NCBI GenBank assembly: GCA_951406725.2
Contig: OX597823.1
Coordinates: 115,134,001-115,198,000, forward strand
Reading direction: 5' to 3'
DNA length: 64,000 bases
Origin: Octopus vulgaris
Taxonomy: Eukaryota
Shown: in pieces, positions 26,883-41,054 of the stretch
How the letters are laid out: each line of letters begins with the position of its first letter
Numbering within the stretch: the first letter of the stretch is position 1
Notes under the pieces: model-generated
Told to the model about the DNA's origin: nothing
Databases searched by the model: none
What the model saw: the letters and a program-made list of their open reading frames with translations, nothing else
Made by a program: the position numbers and the translations under genes

Positions 26883-27282
26883 TTATTTTTTTTATTTCAT
26901 CTAGTTTCAGCTCACGAGCTGTGGCCATTCTGGGGCACCGCCATTGTTGTAGAAAACTCTTTAATAAAAACGTCTTGGATTTGAATGTATCTCCACTCTC
27001 TTCTTGGTTATCAGTTATATATACAGACACACACAAACACAATCACACACACACACACACGCACACACACGCACACATACACACATACACACACACGCAC
27101 ACACACACGCATTTTAAGCATTTTTTATGTGTTAATATAATAAAATGCTCCTGTATTAAGGTCTTTCCAGAAACATCCTCTACAAAGCATGTGGGTTCAA
27201 ATCTCACCGAAGTCAAACATTGCCTTTCATCATTTCTGGGTCAGTATATTATAGAACCACTCATAGATGTTGCTTCACTCTT

Positions 27283-27697
27283 TTACCCTTTTACTTTTTT
27301 CAGTCAGTTGACTGGTCATGCTGGAGCACCGCCTTTAGTCGAGCAAATCGACCCCAGGACTTATTCTTTGTAATCCCAGTACTTATTCTATCGGTTTCTT
27401 TTGCCGAACCGCTAAGTTACGGGGACGTAAACACATCAGCATCGGTTGTCAAGCGATGTTGGGAGGGACAAACACAGACACACAAACATCAAACATATTC
27501 ACACACACACATACATATATATATACATATATACGATGGGCTTCTTTCAGTTTCCGTCTACCAAATCCACTCACAAAGCTTTGGTCGGCCCGATGCTATA
27601 GTAGAAGACACTTGCCCAAGGCGCCACGCAGTGGGACTGAACCCAGAACAATGTGGTTAGTAAGCAAGCTATCTACCACACAGCCACTCCTACGCCT
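27283..27697 (-). mobile_element. SINE family 1, full-length copy
   Basis: Near-identical reverse complement of 19816-20222. Confidence 0.9.
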
Positions 27698-28086
27698 ATA
27701 TTATTTTATAAATAACCTCAAAATATGTAGTCTTATTCTGATGAAGAAAATTAGTGAGGGAGCTTCTATTTAGTCACTCAACCTATACTAGAAATAGCAG
27801 CCACATCACCCACAAATCAGAGGGATACTTATTGGTTAATTTATGCTTAGATATTCAACATCTAAGTGGTCACGGTAGGAACACTTATGCTCGTAAGTCT
27901 TCTCGGTCAGTTCAGACGAGGTTCTACAATAACAACAACAGCAACCAATACTATTTCAAATAGTGCTGATAAATCAGAAATATCTACCAGGGGCCGGTAT
28001 GTATAAAACGCAACACACCTGTACACTAGATTCGAAACCGCCGAGACAGCCATACGCTAAGCTGTAATCGTAACTCTTACAATATT

Positions 28087-28648
28087 CTTTTCTACTATAA
28101 GCACAAGGCCCGAAATTTTGGGGGAGGGAGCCAGTCGATTAGATCGACCCCAGTGTGTAACTGGTACTTAATTTATCGCCCGCAAAAGGATGAAAGGCAA
28201 AGTCGACCCCCGGCGGCATTTGAACTCAGAACGTGAAGACAGACGAAATACCTATTTCTTTACTACCCACAAGGGGTTAAACATTGCGGGGACAAACAAG
28301 GACAGACACACGGATTAAGTCGATTATATCGACCCCAGTGCGTAATTGGTACTTAATTTATCGACTCCGAAAGGATGGAAGGGAAAGTCGACCTCGGCGG
28401 AATTTGATCTCAGAACATGAAGACAGACGAAATACCTATTTCTTTACTACCAACAAGGGGCTAAACACAGAGAGGACAAACAAAGACAGACAAACGGATT
28501 AAGTCGATTACTGGTACTTATTTTATCGACCCCGAAAGGATGAAAGGCAAAGTCGACCTCGGCGGAATTTGAACTCAGAACGTAACGGCAGACGAAATAC
28601 CGCTAAGCATTTCGCCCGGCACACTAACATTTCTGCCAGCTCGCCACC
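28087..28648 (-). mobile_element. SINE family 2 with triplicated body and 19-bp TSD
   Basis: TSD TCGTAACTCTTACAATATT at 28068-28086 and 28649-28667. The core gtcgactttgcctttcatcctttcggggtcgat...aagtaccag occurs three times. From memory this core resembles the MetaSINE central domain; unverified. Confidence 0.9.
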
Positions 28649-29257
28649 TCGTAACTCTTACAATATTGTTGCATGTGCAAATGTGTGTTTGTATGTATGT
28701 GTAGTTGCGTGTGTACTTGCATATATATTCGTGTATGCGTGTAAATTTGCATACGCTTATATATGTCTGTGACTGCGTTTGTGTGTGAATATGTATGCTC
28801 ACTTATTTTTGTGCCTTTTTCTTTGTTTTTTTTTTATATTCTGTCTGTCGTCTTACATATGTAAGACTTAGCAATAGAAAAGAAAAAAATACTCGCATTC
28901 TGTGAGCAGTCATATAGCCATAGTCTTGGAACACGCATGAACACCACATAACCACATTCATCAATAAATACTCGTCATAATTTCTCTCTTAACCCTAACA
29001 CAGACACATATATATTATCGTTTCTACTATAGACGCAAAGCCTGAAATTTGGGGGAGAGAGATTGTCGACTTCATCGACCCCAGTGTATAACTGCTACTT
29101 ATTTCATCGACCGCGAAAGTATGAAAGGTAAAGTCGACCACGGCGGAATTTGAACTCAGAACGTAGTAGCGACGGGCGAAATACAGCTAAGCATTGCGTC
29201 CAGCGTGCTAACGATTCGGCCAGTTCGCTGCGTCACACGCGCGTATATCTATAGTAT

Positions 29258-29331
<74 letters not shown>

Positions 29332-29338
29332 TATAGAT

Positions 29339-29407
<69 letters not shown>

Positions 29408-30097
29408 TGTATGTATATATACATGTAAATTTTTTTTTCTTGTTTCAGTCATTTAACTGAGACCATGCTGGGGCACCGTCTTGAAGAGTTTTAGTCTAAA
29501 AAGTCGACCCCAAGACATATTTTTTAAGCCTAGTACTTACTCTATTGGTCTCTTTTTGCCGAATCGCTAAGTTACAGGGGACATAAACACATCAACACCG
29601 GTTGGCAAATAGTGATAGAGGGAACAAACACGGACACAAAGACATACACACACACACACACATATCTATACACACACACACATATATATATATATATCCG
29701 TCCACCAAATCCACTCACAAGGATTTGGTCGGCTCGGGGCTGTAGTAGAGGACACCTTGCGAAGGTCCCACGCAGTGGGTCTGAACCTGGAACCATGTGG
29801 TTGAGAAGCAAGCTTCTTACCACACAGCCATGACTTTGCCTATACAGATATATATATACACAGACACACACACACACGTTCGTATGGGCATGTTTGTGTT
29901 TGTGTATCATTTCTTGAAAATCGGTGTTGCTTTGTTTATATCCCTGTAAACTAGTAGTTCGGTAATAAAAAAAAATAGAAAAAATGGCGGGCGTAAAGTT
30001 AAAAAATAAGCATTAGGCTCTATTTGGTCCACTAAAGCCTTGGAGACGGTGTCCCAACATGGCTGCAGTCTCATATATGTATGAAAGAAATACATAT

Positions 30098-30255
30098 AGG
30101 CGTGGCTGTGTGGTAAAGAAGTTTGCATCCCAACCACATAGTTCTGGGTTCAGTCCCACTGCGTGGTACCTTGAGCAAGTGTCTTCTACTACAGTTTCGG
30201 GCCGACCAAAGCCCTATGAGTGGATTTTGTAGACGGAAACTGAAAGAAGTCCGTC

Positions 30256-30294
<39 letters not shown>

Positions 30295-31395
30295 CATATT
30301 TTTTTTTTTCTAAAGTTTCAGCTCAGAGCTGCGGCCATGCTGATGCACCACTGTTTCGTGCTACACTGTTATTACGACGAACCTCGTCTAATATGTGGCA
30401 CTTGGTGAAGAATGGAGTTTGATATAGCTACCCTCATTTGCTCCTCTTGCCGTGAGGTAGGCTCATCTGGGACTCTCGACAGGAAGAGCTCCAGCTTTGA
30501 TTTAAAACCCCCTACATCTACTTTGTGCAAGTTCCTCAGACTCTTTGGGAGAATATTAAAAAGCTGTGGGCCCTTGAAACCCAGGCTGTTGCAGTAACTG
30601 GTCCTGAAGCTTGATGGCATTGCTGGGATCTTTGGCACCATGCAGTGTTGTCCCGTTCTGGCATTGATGTAGCTTTCAATGCCAAAATTTGGCACAATTC
30701 CTTCCAGGACCTTCCAGATATATATTACTGCATACCTCATCCGTCTTCTCTCCAGGGAGTAGAGTCTTAGCTGTTTCAACCTTTCCCAGTAGCTGAGCTA
30801 TTGCAAAGAGACGATCTTCTTTGTGAATCTTCTCTGGATTGCTTCAAGGTCCGCTGTTAATTTTACACTGGTGGGTGACCATAGCTGTGAGCAGTAATCC
30901 AGGCGGCTGAGGACGAATGCCCGCCAGAGGACCATCATGGTTTCTTTATCTCTGGTTCTGAATGTCCTTAGGATCCATCCAGCCAGTCGTCTGCACTTTG
31001 TCGACATCCTGGTAATGTGCACTTGGAAAGAGGTGTCCTCACTCATGGCGATACCGAGGTCCCTATATATATACATATATATATATATATACATATGTAT
31101 ATATACACACATATATATAAATATATATATGTATGTATATATATACATATATATATATGTATGTATATGTATATGTGTGTTTATTATTTGTGTCTGTTTG
31201 TCACCCCGTCTTCCACTATCGCTTGACAACTGGTGTAGGTGTGCTAACGTCCCCGTCATTTAGCGGTTCAGGCAAAGACCCCGATGGAATAAGTACTAGG
31301 CTTAAAAAGAATTTGTTAGTTAGATTTGTTCGACTAAAGGTGGTGCTCCAGGGTGGCCGCAGTCAAGTGATTTAAACTAGTAAAAGGATAAAAGA
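30098..31395 (+). mobile_element. SINE family 1 copy split by the CR1-group LINE insertion
   Basis: 5' half at 30098-30260, 3' half at ~31170-31395, with the LINE inside the internal (TA)n. Confidence 0.85.
30299..31063 (-). mobile_element. 5'-truncated CR1/L2-group LINE (C-terminal ORF2, 3' UTR, A tail)
   Basis: DLGI...LSRLDYCSQLWSP...LEAIQRRFTK...*LSYWERLKQLRLYSLERRR is a typical CR1-group post-RT region. One in-frame TAG at 30798-30800; natural stop at 30372; T-run at 30299-30309. Confidence 0.92.
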
Positions 31396-32242
31396 ATATG
31401 CGTGTGCGTCTGTATTTCTTTTATTCTTTGACTTGTTTTAGTCGAACAAATCAACGCCAGGACTTACTTTTTTTAAACCTGGTACTTGTCGCCGAACCGC
31501 TAATTTACGGGGACATAATCACACCAACACCGGTCGTCAAGCGGTGATGGAAGGACAAACACAGAAACAAAGACACACACACACACGTAAATTAAAAATT
31601 TTAAATTTAAATAATTCAAATTTTATATTTTATATATTTTGTATCTTATATTAATTATATTCATTTTTATATTTTGGTTTATGTTTTTCACTGTTTGATT
31701 TGCCTAATGGTGGTTTTATCTCTAATATAATTTATATATATATATATATATATGACGAGCTTCTTTCAGTTTCTGTCTACCAAATCCACTCACAAGGCTT
31801 TGGTTAACCCGAGGCTATAGTAGAAAACACTTGCTTAAGGTGCCAGGCAGTGGGACTGAACCCGGAACCATGTGGTTGGTAAGCAAGCTTCTTACCACAC
31901 ACCCACACCTATATATATATAATATATATCTTTTATCCTACATGTTTCTGTCATTACACTGCGGCCATGCTGAGGCATCCTCTTAAGCGATGAATCGACC
32001 CTAGTACATTATTGTCTCCGGTTTTTTGACGAGCCGCTAAGTTACGGGGAAGTAAACACACTAACACCGGTTGTCAAGCGCCGGAGGGAGCGGTAGTTTC
32101 CGTCTACCAAATCCACTGACAAGGCTTTAACCGGTCCGAGGCTATAATAGAGAACACTTGCCCAAGGTGCCATGCAGTGGGAATGAACTCGGAACTATGT
32201 GGTTGGGAAGCAAGCTACTTGCCGCACAGACATGACTGCAGA

Positions 32243-32288
<46 letters not shown>

Positions 32289-32450
32289 ATATACGTATAT
32301 AAGCACGTACATACAAAGAAATCGTGAAGATAAATATTTCACAAACGTGCGCTCACGTAACAAGTGAGCACGTCACGCGCACGCAATCACACACACACAC
32401 ACGCCAGCGCGCACATGTATATATGCATGTAGACAACCACATAGACAGAC

Positions 32451-32520
<70 letters not shown>

Positions 32521-32642
32521 TGTAGTGAGATGTCCGCACCTAAAATTGTGTCCGTATGTGTGTCCACATGTATCCGTAAAACGTGAATAAACAAACACAT
32601 TTTTTCTTCGGAAAAGTAGATGTGCGTGCACGTGCACTTAAT

Positions 32643-32681
<39 letters not shown>

Positions 32682-32781
32682 GTGTGTGTATTAGTAAACT
32701 TGTTTGTATGCGACTATCGTCCTGTTTGCGCGTTTTTTTATGCGTGTGTATGTGTTGGACTGTAAATATTCCTGTTGTATT

Positions 32782-32818
<37 letters not shown>

Positions 32819-32838
32819 TTCTCTCTCTCTCTCTCTCT

Positions 32839-32875
<37 letters not shown>

Positions 32876-33332
32876 TCCCTTGGTGTGTATATATGTATAT
32901 ATATATGTGAGTGTGTATGTCTGTCTATCTGTCTATTTGTCTGTATGTATGTATCAGCATACATCCTACATACAGGTGACCAAATATTACTCGTTAGGTA
33001 TATATGCATACCTGTAGGCGCAGGAGTGGCTGTGTGGTAAGTGGCTTGCTTACTAACCACATGGTTCTGGGTTCAGTCCCACTTGGGCAAGTGTCTTCTA
33101 CTATAACATTGGGCCGACCAAAGCCTTGTGATTGGATTTGGGAGACGGAAACTGAAAGAAGCCCGTCGTATATATATATATATATATATACAAATTGAGG
33201 CAGGGGTTGTAAATGCATGTAGGTATAATTATTCTTTTATTTGATTCTTTTGTTTCAGTCATTTAACTGCGAAGAAATCGACCCCAGGACATATTCATTG
33301 TAAACTTAGTATTTATTCTATCGGTCTCTTTG

Positions 33333-33385
<53 letters not shown>

Positions 33386-33624
33386 AGACAGACAGACAGA
33401 CAGAAGTATGTACATACATAGATTTATGCTTGCGTGTGCATATGTATGTGTGCATGCTTGTATATGTGTAAGCGTGTACACCTATACTTCGTTACGTGCA
33501 TACGTGTGTCAGAGTGTTGATTTGTGAATACCTGTATCCGTGTTTGTGAACCTTTACAACATATGTATGAGCGCCTTTCGGTCTTTTTAATACTACTTTT
33601 ACAGGTGTGCGTGAGGTGTGTGTA

Positions 33625-33657
<33 letters not shown>

Positions 33658-33692
33658 ATTTATATGTATGTGTATGTATGTATTTGTGTGAG

Positions 33693-33725
<33 letters not shown>

Positions 33726-33881
33726 AGGCGCAGGAGTGGCTATGTGGTAAGTATTTTGCATACCAACCACATGGTTCTGGGTTCAATCCCACTGCGTGGT
33801 ACGTTGGCCAAGTGTCTTCTACTATAGATACTGGTCGAGTGGAATTGGTAGACGGAAACAGAAAGAAGTCTGTCGTATTTA

Positions 33882-33921
<40 letters not shown>

Positions 33922-34082
33922 TACCCCCATTATTGCTTGATAACCGATGCTGGTGTGTTTACGTCCTCGTAAGCTGGCGGTTTGGCAAACGGGCCCGATG
34001 TAATAAGTACTAGGCTTACAATGATTTGTTTGACTAAAGGCGGTGCTCCAGCATGACTAAATGACTGAAACAAATAAAAGAA

Positions 34083-34169
<87 letters not shown>

Positions 34170-34233
34170 GATAGATAGATAATTGGATATATATATATAT
34201 GTATATATATAATTGGATAGATAGATGGATAGA

Positions 34234-34292
<59 letters not shown>

Positions 34293-34310
34293 AATTATCT
34301 ATCTATCTAT

Positions 34311-34393
<83 letters not shown>

Positions 34394-34907
34394 GGAAATG
34401 GTTGAGTGTGTGTGTGATAGAGAGACGGAGAGAGATTGAGTGTGTGCAACCATATGTGCACGCACCTGCGTGTGCGTTTGAATGTGTGTGTATAAGTGTA
34501 CCCTCAAAATTATGTGAGTGATGTTTACATGGGATTCGCAATGTGTGTATATGCGTACAAGAATATAATTGTGTGTGCGTGTGTGTGTATGCGTGTGTGT
34601 ATGTGTTTACGTATGCCCGTTTGAAAACGGATGCGCATAGCGTATATGTATGCCCGTGTTTATCCGTGCATCGGTGTGAGTTTGTGTATGTAGTAATGTG
34701 TGAATATGCGTAGGTGTATGTGTCGAGTAGTTTGCGACGATGTGTTTAACTATGTATGTGTACATACACACACACACACACACGCATACACACACACACA
34801 AACGCACACACACGCATATGTATATATATACATATATGCATACCTACATTTATATATAATTCATATATGCCATTGGCTACTGTAACGTCACTTAGATCAT
34901 TTTTGTT

Positions 34908-35297
34908 TGTGGCTGTGTGGTAAGTAGCTTGCTTACCAACCATATGGTTCCGGTTTCAGTCCCACTGCATGGCACCTTGGGAAAGTGTCTTCTACTATAG
35001 CTTCGGGCCTTGTGAGTGGATTTGGTAGACGGAAACTAAAAAGAAGCCCGTCTTATATATGAATATATATTTATGTATGTGTGTGTCTTTATTTGTGTCT
35101 GTGTTTGTTCCCCAACATCGCTTGACAACCGATGCTGGTGTGTTTACGTCCCCGTAACTTAGCGGTTCGGCAAAAGAGACCTATAGAATAAGTATTAGGC
35201 TTACAAAGAATGAGTCCTGGGCTCGATTTGCTCGACTAAAGGCGGTGCTCCAGCATGGCCGCAGCCAAATGACTGAAGCAAGTAAAAGAGTAAAAGA

Positions 35298-35298
<1 letters not shown>
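34908..35298 (+). mobile_element. SINE family 1 copy
   Basis: Head, internal microsatellite and tail all present. Confidence 0.9.
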
Positions 35299-35334
<36 letters not shown>

Positions 35335-35938
35335 GTGCGTGTGTGTGTCTGTCTGTCTGTGTTTGTGTGTGTGTATATATGTGCGTGTGTGTATGTCAGT
35401 GTGTGGGTGTATGTATGCATGTATGTATCTATATTTACACGCGCGCACACACACACAGACACACACACACATTTTTTTCCTCTGTTATCTATCACTTATC
35501 TCAGACTGTGGCCACGCTGGGGCACCACCTTAAATTTTTGGTCGAAAGGAACGACCTCAGTCCTTATAGACACCCCGGGTGGGGGCTGTAGGGGTACGCA
35601 CAGAACTAAGTCTGTTGTGTTTGTTTACACGTGATTTTTATGATTTGTTTTGTTTAGTTTATTTTTACTTTCCGAATTTGGAGGAAGGGCCCGAGCCCCC
35701 GGGCCTTGGAGACCGTCCAAGGCTAAAGAGATTAGACACGTGTGTATATAAGTATATGTATGAACGACTGTGTTTCAATGTACATGTATAGGAATATTTC
35801 TGTCTATATATGCAGTGCGCGCGCGCGCATGTGTGTGTGTGTGTAGAACTATGCATGAAGTGTGTGCGTGTGTGTATTCGTGTGCCGACCAAACCCTCGT
35901 GAGTGGTTTTGGTAGGCGGAAACTGAAAGAAGCCTGTC

Positions 35939-35976
<38 letters not shown>

Positions 35977-35985
35977 GTATGTGTG

Positions 35986-36089
<104 letters not shown>

Positions 36090-36215
36090 ATTGTCGATCA
36101 AGACAAGAAACGATTGTAGTGGCGGTTTTTTTGACTATTTATTAAAATTTTATGTATTGATTAAGTCTTTCCTTGTTTGTTTTGCAAAATAGTGGTTTTG
36201 TCTCTAATAATATTT

Positions 36216-36285
<70 letters not shown>

Positions 36286-36669
36286 ATATATATGTTTATG
36301 TGTCTGTGTTCCCCCCCCCTCCCACTATCGCTTGGCAACCGATGTCGGTGTGTGTACGTCCCCGTAGCTTAGCGGTTCGGCAAAAGGGACCGATAGAATA
36401 AGTACTAGGCTTACAAAGAATAAGTCCCGGGGTCGATTTGTTCGACTAAAAGGCAGTGCTCCAGCATGGCCCCAGTCAAAGGATTAGAGTAAAAGAATAA
36501 AAGAATAAAAGAATATGCGTGTGTGTGTGTATGTATTTGTGTGTGTATTTGTATGCCTATACAGAAGTAGTATGCGTATAAGCAGAGAGAAGCGTGTATG
36601 TATAGGTTACACGTACATCGTTGAGTGTATACAACTCCGTGTGTGTTTATGTATGTATATTCATCTTCT

Positions 36670-36720
<51 letters not shown>

Positions 36721-36722
36721 GA

Positions 36723-36759
<37 letters not shown>

Positions 36760-37118
36760 GCGTGCGTGTACATTCATATATAAATAAATAAATAAACTTT
36801 ATATATATAAGAAATCTTGTTTCAGTTTTATATATATTTTTTTTAAAGTCTAATACTTTATTTTATTGATCGCTAGTTTCGAAGTGCTTGGCTACGAGAA
36901 CGTAATCGAAGCAACACCGGTTGCCAAGCGGTAGCGGGGAGAGACACAGTACACACATATGTGCATATACGACAGGTTTCCATTCAGTTTTCGTCAACAA
37001 CCAAATACACTCAGAAACCATTAGTTACCCAGGATGTTATGCATTGGAGCTGAACGCGAGATAACGCGGTTGCAAACCCGGCTGCTTAATCACTAAACCA
37101 TATCTACATCTCTTTCTT

Positions 37119-37227
<109 letters not shown>

Positions 37228-37333
37228 ATATGTATATATATACACATATGTATGTGTGTGTGTATGTACATGTGTGTATACAAATAAATATATAGAGAGA
37301 GAGAGACACAGCCAGCCAGACAGACAGACAGAC

Positions 37334-37368
<35 letters not shown>

Positions 37369-37395
37369 TAGATAGACAGATAGACAGACAGACAA

Positions 37396-37553
<158 letters not shown>

Positions 37554-39415
37554 GTATGTATATGTGCATTCATTTGTGTGTTGCCGCATATAAACGGGTA
37601 TGTAGGTATGTCTTCAACATTGAGTCCTTTATTTAAACACGTAATTACAGTTTATAACAATTATGTTTTGCTGCACCTTCCAGGTGCAATTTGCAGTCAC
37701 ATGTGCGTGCAACTGTATGCATCTACGTGCCGTTGCCTAACAATACGCCTTCCTGCTGCACTTACATTCTCATATCGAACGCAGCACCTCCTTAATGCGC
37801 ATTCTTCATGCACCTTCCTGATGCACATTACCTAGGAATTAATATTACTCACTGTTCTGCTGCACCTGTATCGTGCACGCTGTCACTGCACAATTACTAA
37901 TGCACATTCCTACTTCACCTATATACTTCTTTTTAACACTCCAAATCACTAATGCATCTTACTGCACCAATCCATATTGTATTCTGAAACTGCACTATAT
38001 TAATGCACCTTTCTGGTGCACCTATACACTGGGCTCTAATATGTCCGTTATGAATATGCAATAGGGCTGTACTTGTATTGTGTCTAACATTGCAATCCTT
38101 AATGCACTTTCCTATTGCACTCATATTACTACGTAACGCTGCACTTCACAGATGCACCTCAATGCACTGATAACATGTTACCAAACATCGTATCTTACGA
38201 ATGCACCTTCTTACATGAACTCTGCATGCTATCTAACACTATGCATTACCATTGCACCTTTGAATGTTCCTATGTTCAGTTACTCAACGCTGCACATTAT
38301 GGATGGACCTTTCTCCATATCCATATATTATTACCTTATCCATATAATATATATCCCTATATTATAACACTAATCCTCCGGATGCTCCTTCCTTGCATAA
38401 CACTGCATTGTAAAAAGACAGCTAACGGTTGCACTTCTATAACAGAACCTGTAGACGAACCCAATAGTACAGTCCCTAGCACATCTTTAGAAACGCATAT
38501 TGGTACTATATCTTAGGAACAGGATTGTATCAATAAAACTCAGGCCCTTCAGTCCAACACTGCACTCTGATAGAGTACAGTGCTGTGAGTATTACCACTC
38601 ATGTGCTGTTGAATAGTATGGAGCAAAGGGGTGGTACCACTTTAGTAATTATACTTCTTGATATCAGGGTATATCACCGAGCTTTACCTCAGTACTTTAT
38701 CATAATTGACCAACCATTACAAAAACACTAAAGATTAACCAGGCCCAAAATAGCACTCTATCACTGCACTCAGTTACTGCACTATAACACTATACTATAT
38801 GCTTCTTTGTGGCCTACCACAGCTCTTTAGCACCCTACTATTGTGCAGTTCCCTATCATTGCATTGTGCCACTACTACGTAGCAATTCACACCAGTGTCT
38901 CTCAACCATTTTTAACCTTAAAAACTATTTTAACTCAGGTGGACCCTCATAACAAGTCTTGTTATGAGCTGGCAGAAATGCGTGGCCGTATTTCGTCTGT
39001 CGTTACGTTGTGAGTTCAAATTCTGCCGAGGTCGACTTTGCCTTTCATCCTTTCGGGGTCGATTAAATAAGTACCAGTTACGCACTGGGGTCGATGTAAT
39101 CGACTTAATCTCTTTGTCTGTCCTTGTATGGTACTTCACTATTGCACGTTACTGCAGCATTTTACTAATGAACTTAACTTCTTGTACTTTATTTTTGTAT
39201 CTTAATACTGTACTTTACAACTGTATGTTTATTAACGTCATAAGAATTTATAAACCCTGAGAGAGCGTGAAGCAATTCTTCCTCAGATCAGTGAAGCTCG
39301 AAGCAGATAAAGGTATAAATAATAGCATGCAAATATTCGGTAAAAAAATTTGCATAGCAAAAATTGGCAGATTCGAATTTTGTTATCGAAAGCTATTATT
39401 CATAGACTTTATCTA

Positions 39416-39875
39416 AGGCGGTGAGCTGGCAGAATAGTTAGCATTCTAAGCAAAATATTTAGCGGCATTTAGCCCGACTTTAAGTTCCGAGTTCAAATTA
39501 CTCTGAGGTCCACTTAACTTTTCATTCTATTTGGGATCGATAAAAGAAAGTACTAGTTGAGCACTGAGGTCGATACCTATTTCTTTACTACCCACAAGGG
39601 GCTACACACAGAGGGGACAAACAAGGACGGACATAGGTATTAAGTCGATTATATCGACCCCAGTGCGTAACTGGTACTTATTTAATCGACCCCGAAGGGA
39701 TGAGAGGCAAAGTCGACCTCGACGGAATTTGAACTCTGAACGTGACGACAGCCTAAAATACCGCTAGGCATTCCGACCGGCGTGCTAACGATTCTGCCAG
39801 CTCGCGCCTTAGGTCGATACCATCGACTAGACTCCTCCCCTAAAGTTTCAGGCCTTGTGTCTGTAATAGAAAGGA
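39416..39875 (+). mobile_element. SINE family 2 copy with an antisense family 2 variant nested at 39578-39810
   Basis: TSD AGGTCGATACC at 39567-39577 and 39811-39821. Confidence 0.85.
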
Positions 39876-40388
39876 TTTGTTATAGCTTTATCTGCTTCGA
39901 TTTTCACCAGTCCAAGAAAGAATTGTTTACTTCCGTATTTCACAATTACACTTTACAATACAGTGTAAGGTGCCATTGTACCTTACACACTTATAAATTA
40001 TTATGTTAACAGCTACAATTATTGCACCATTTAAACACAATTACTCTGTATGCAACACTATGAATGCCGCCGAAGACTGAGTCTTTAAAATTACATTTAA
40101 CACATCACTGACAATAATATCTGTGGATCACTCTTCAGATCTTTCTTTGAGGGTTATGTCGAGTGGACAGATGTGAGCCGGAACAGACATTACAAGATGT
40201 CAGCAACCTTAAGTTTCTATCCATAAGTCAGTTAGTGCACACTGATGCTGTACCTTAATACTGTGGTTTACAATCATACATTTACGAAGGCACACCAGTT
40301 ATATACTTTAGTACTGTGTTTCAATACAATAACTTAGTATTACTTTTTAGGTCTAACTTTTGTACAACACGTCTGTAATGCACTATAG

Positions 40389-41054
40389 CAGCGTTTCTCA
40401 GCTGGGGTTCCCCGGAACTCTAGGGTTCTGCAAAAGGTTCCTAGGGGTTCCGCGAGAAAGAGTGTATAGTACTATTTCATGATTGTAATATTACTATACA
40501 TGCATAACATATTATTGGTTATTGTAACATAGACACCATCCTATCTAACTTATTTTGATATATGCCCAGTGGTTAGGACAGCGGACTCGCGGTCGTAGGT
40601 TCGCGGTTTCGATTCGCAGACCGGGCGTTGTGAGTGTTTATTGAACGAAAACACCGAAAGCTCCACAAAGCTCCGGCAGGGGATGGTGGCGATCCCTGCT
40701 GTACTCTTTCGCCACAACTTTCTCTCAATCTTTCTTCTGTTGGCCTGCTCGCTTAGCCAGCGGGGTGGCGTCATTCGAAGGCTAAAACAATGCGAAGCGC
40801 ATTGTGACCAGCGATGTGTAACAACATCTGATAGCCTGGTCGGTCACGTGATCACGTGATATATATATATGTATATGTATATGTATATATATATCTATAT
40901 GAATATATATATGTATATGTATTTGATATTTACCACGTAAACTACGATGAAAAAATATAAGATATTGTATATAATTTTTTTGTGTGCAGGGGTTCCTTGA
41001 GACATGTAATTTATTTTAAGCGTTACGCAAGGGTAAAAAGGTTGAGAAACGGTG
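40389..41054. mobile_element. hAT (Charlie-like) non-autonomous element
   Basis: TIRs CAGCGTTTCTCAGC / GTTGAGAAACGGTG. Perfect 8-bp TSD CACTATAG at 40381-40388 and 41055-41062. Confidence 0.9.
40563..40860 (+). mobile_element. SINE family 3 copy nested in the hAT MITE
   Basis: Homologous to 21067-21379. Confidence 0.9.
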
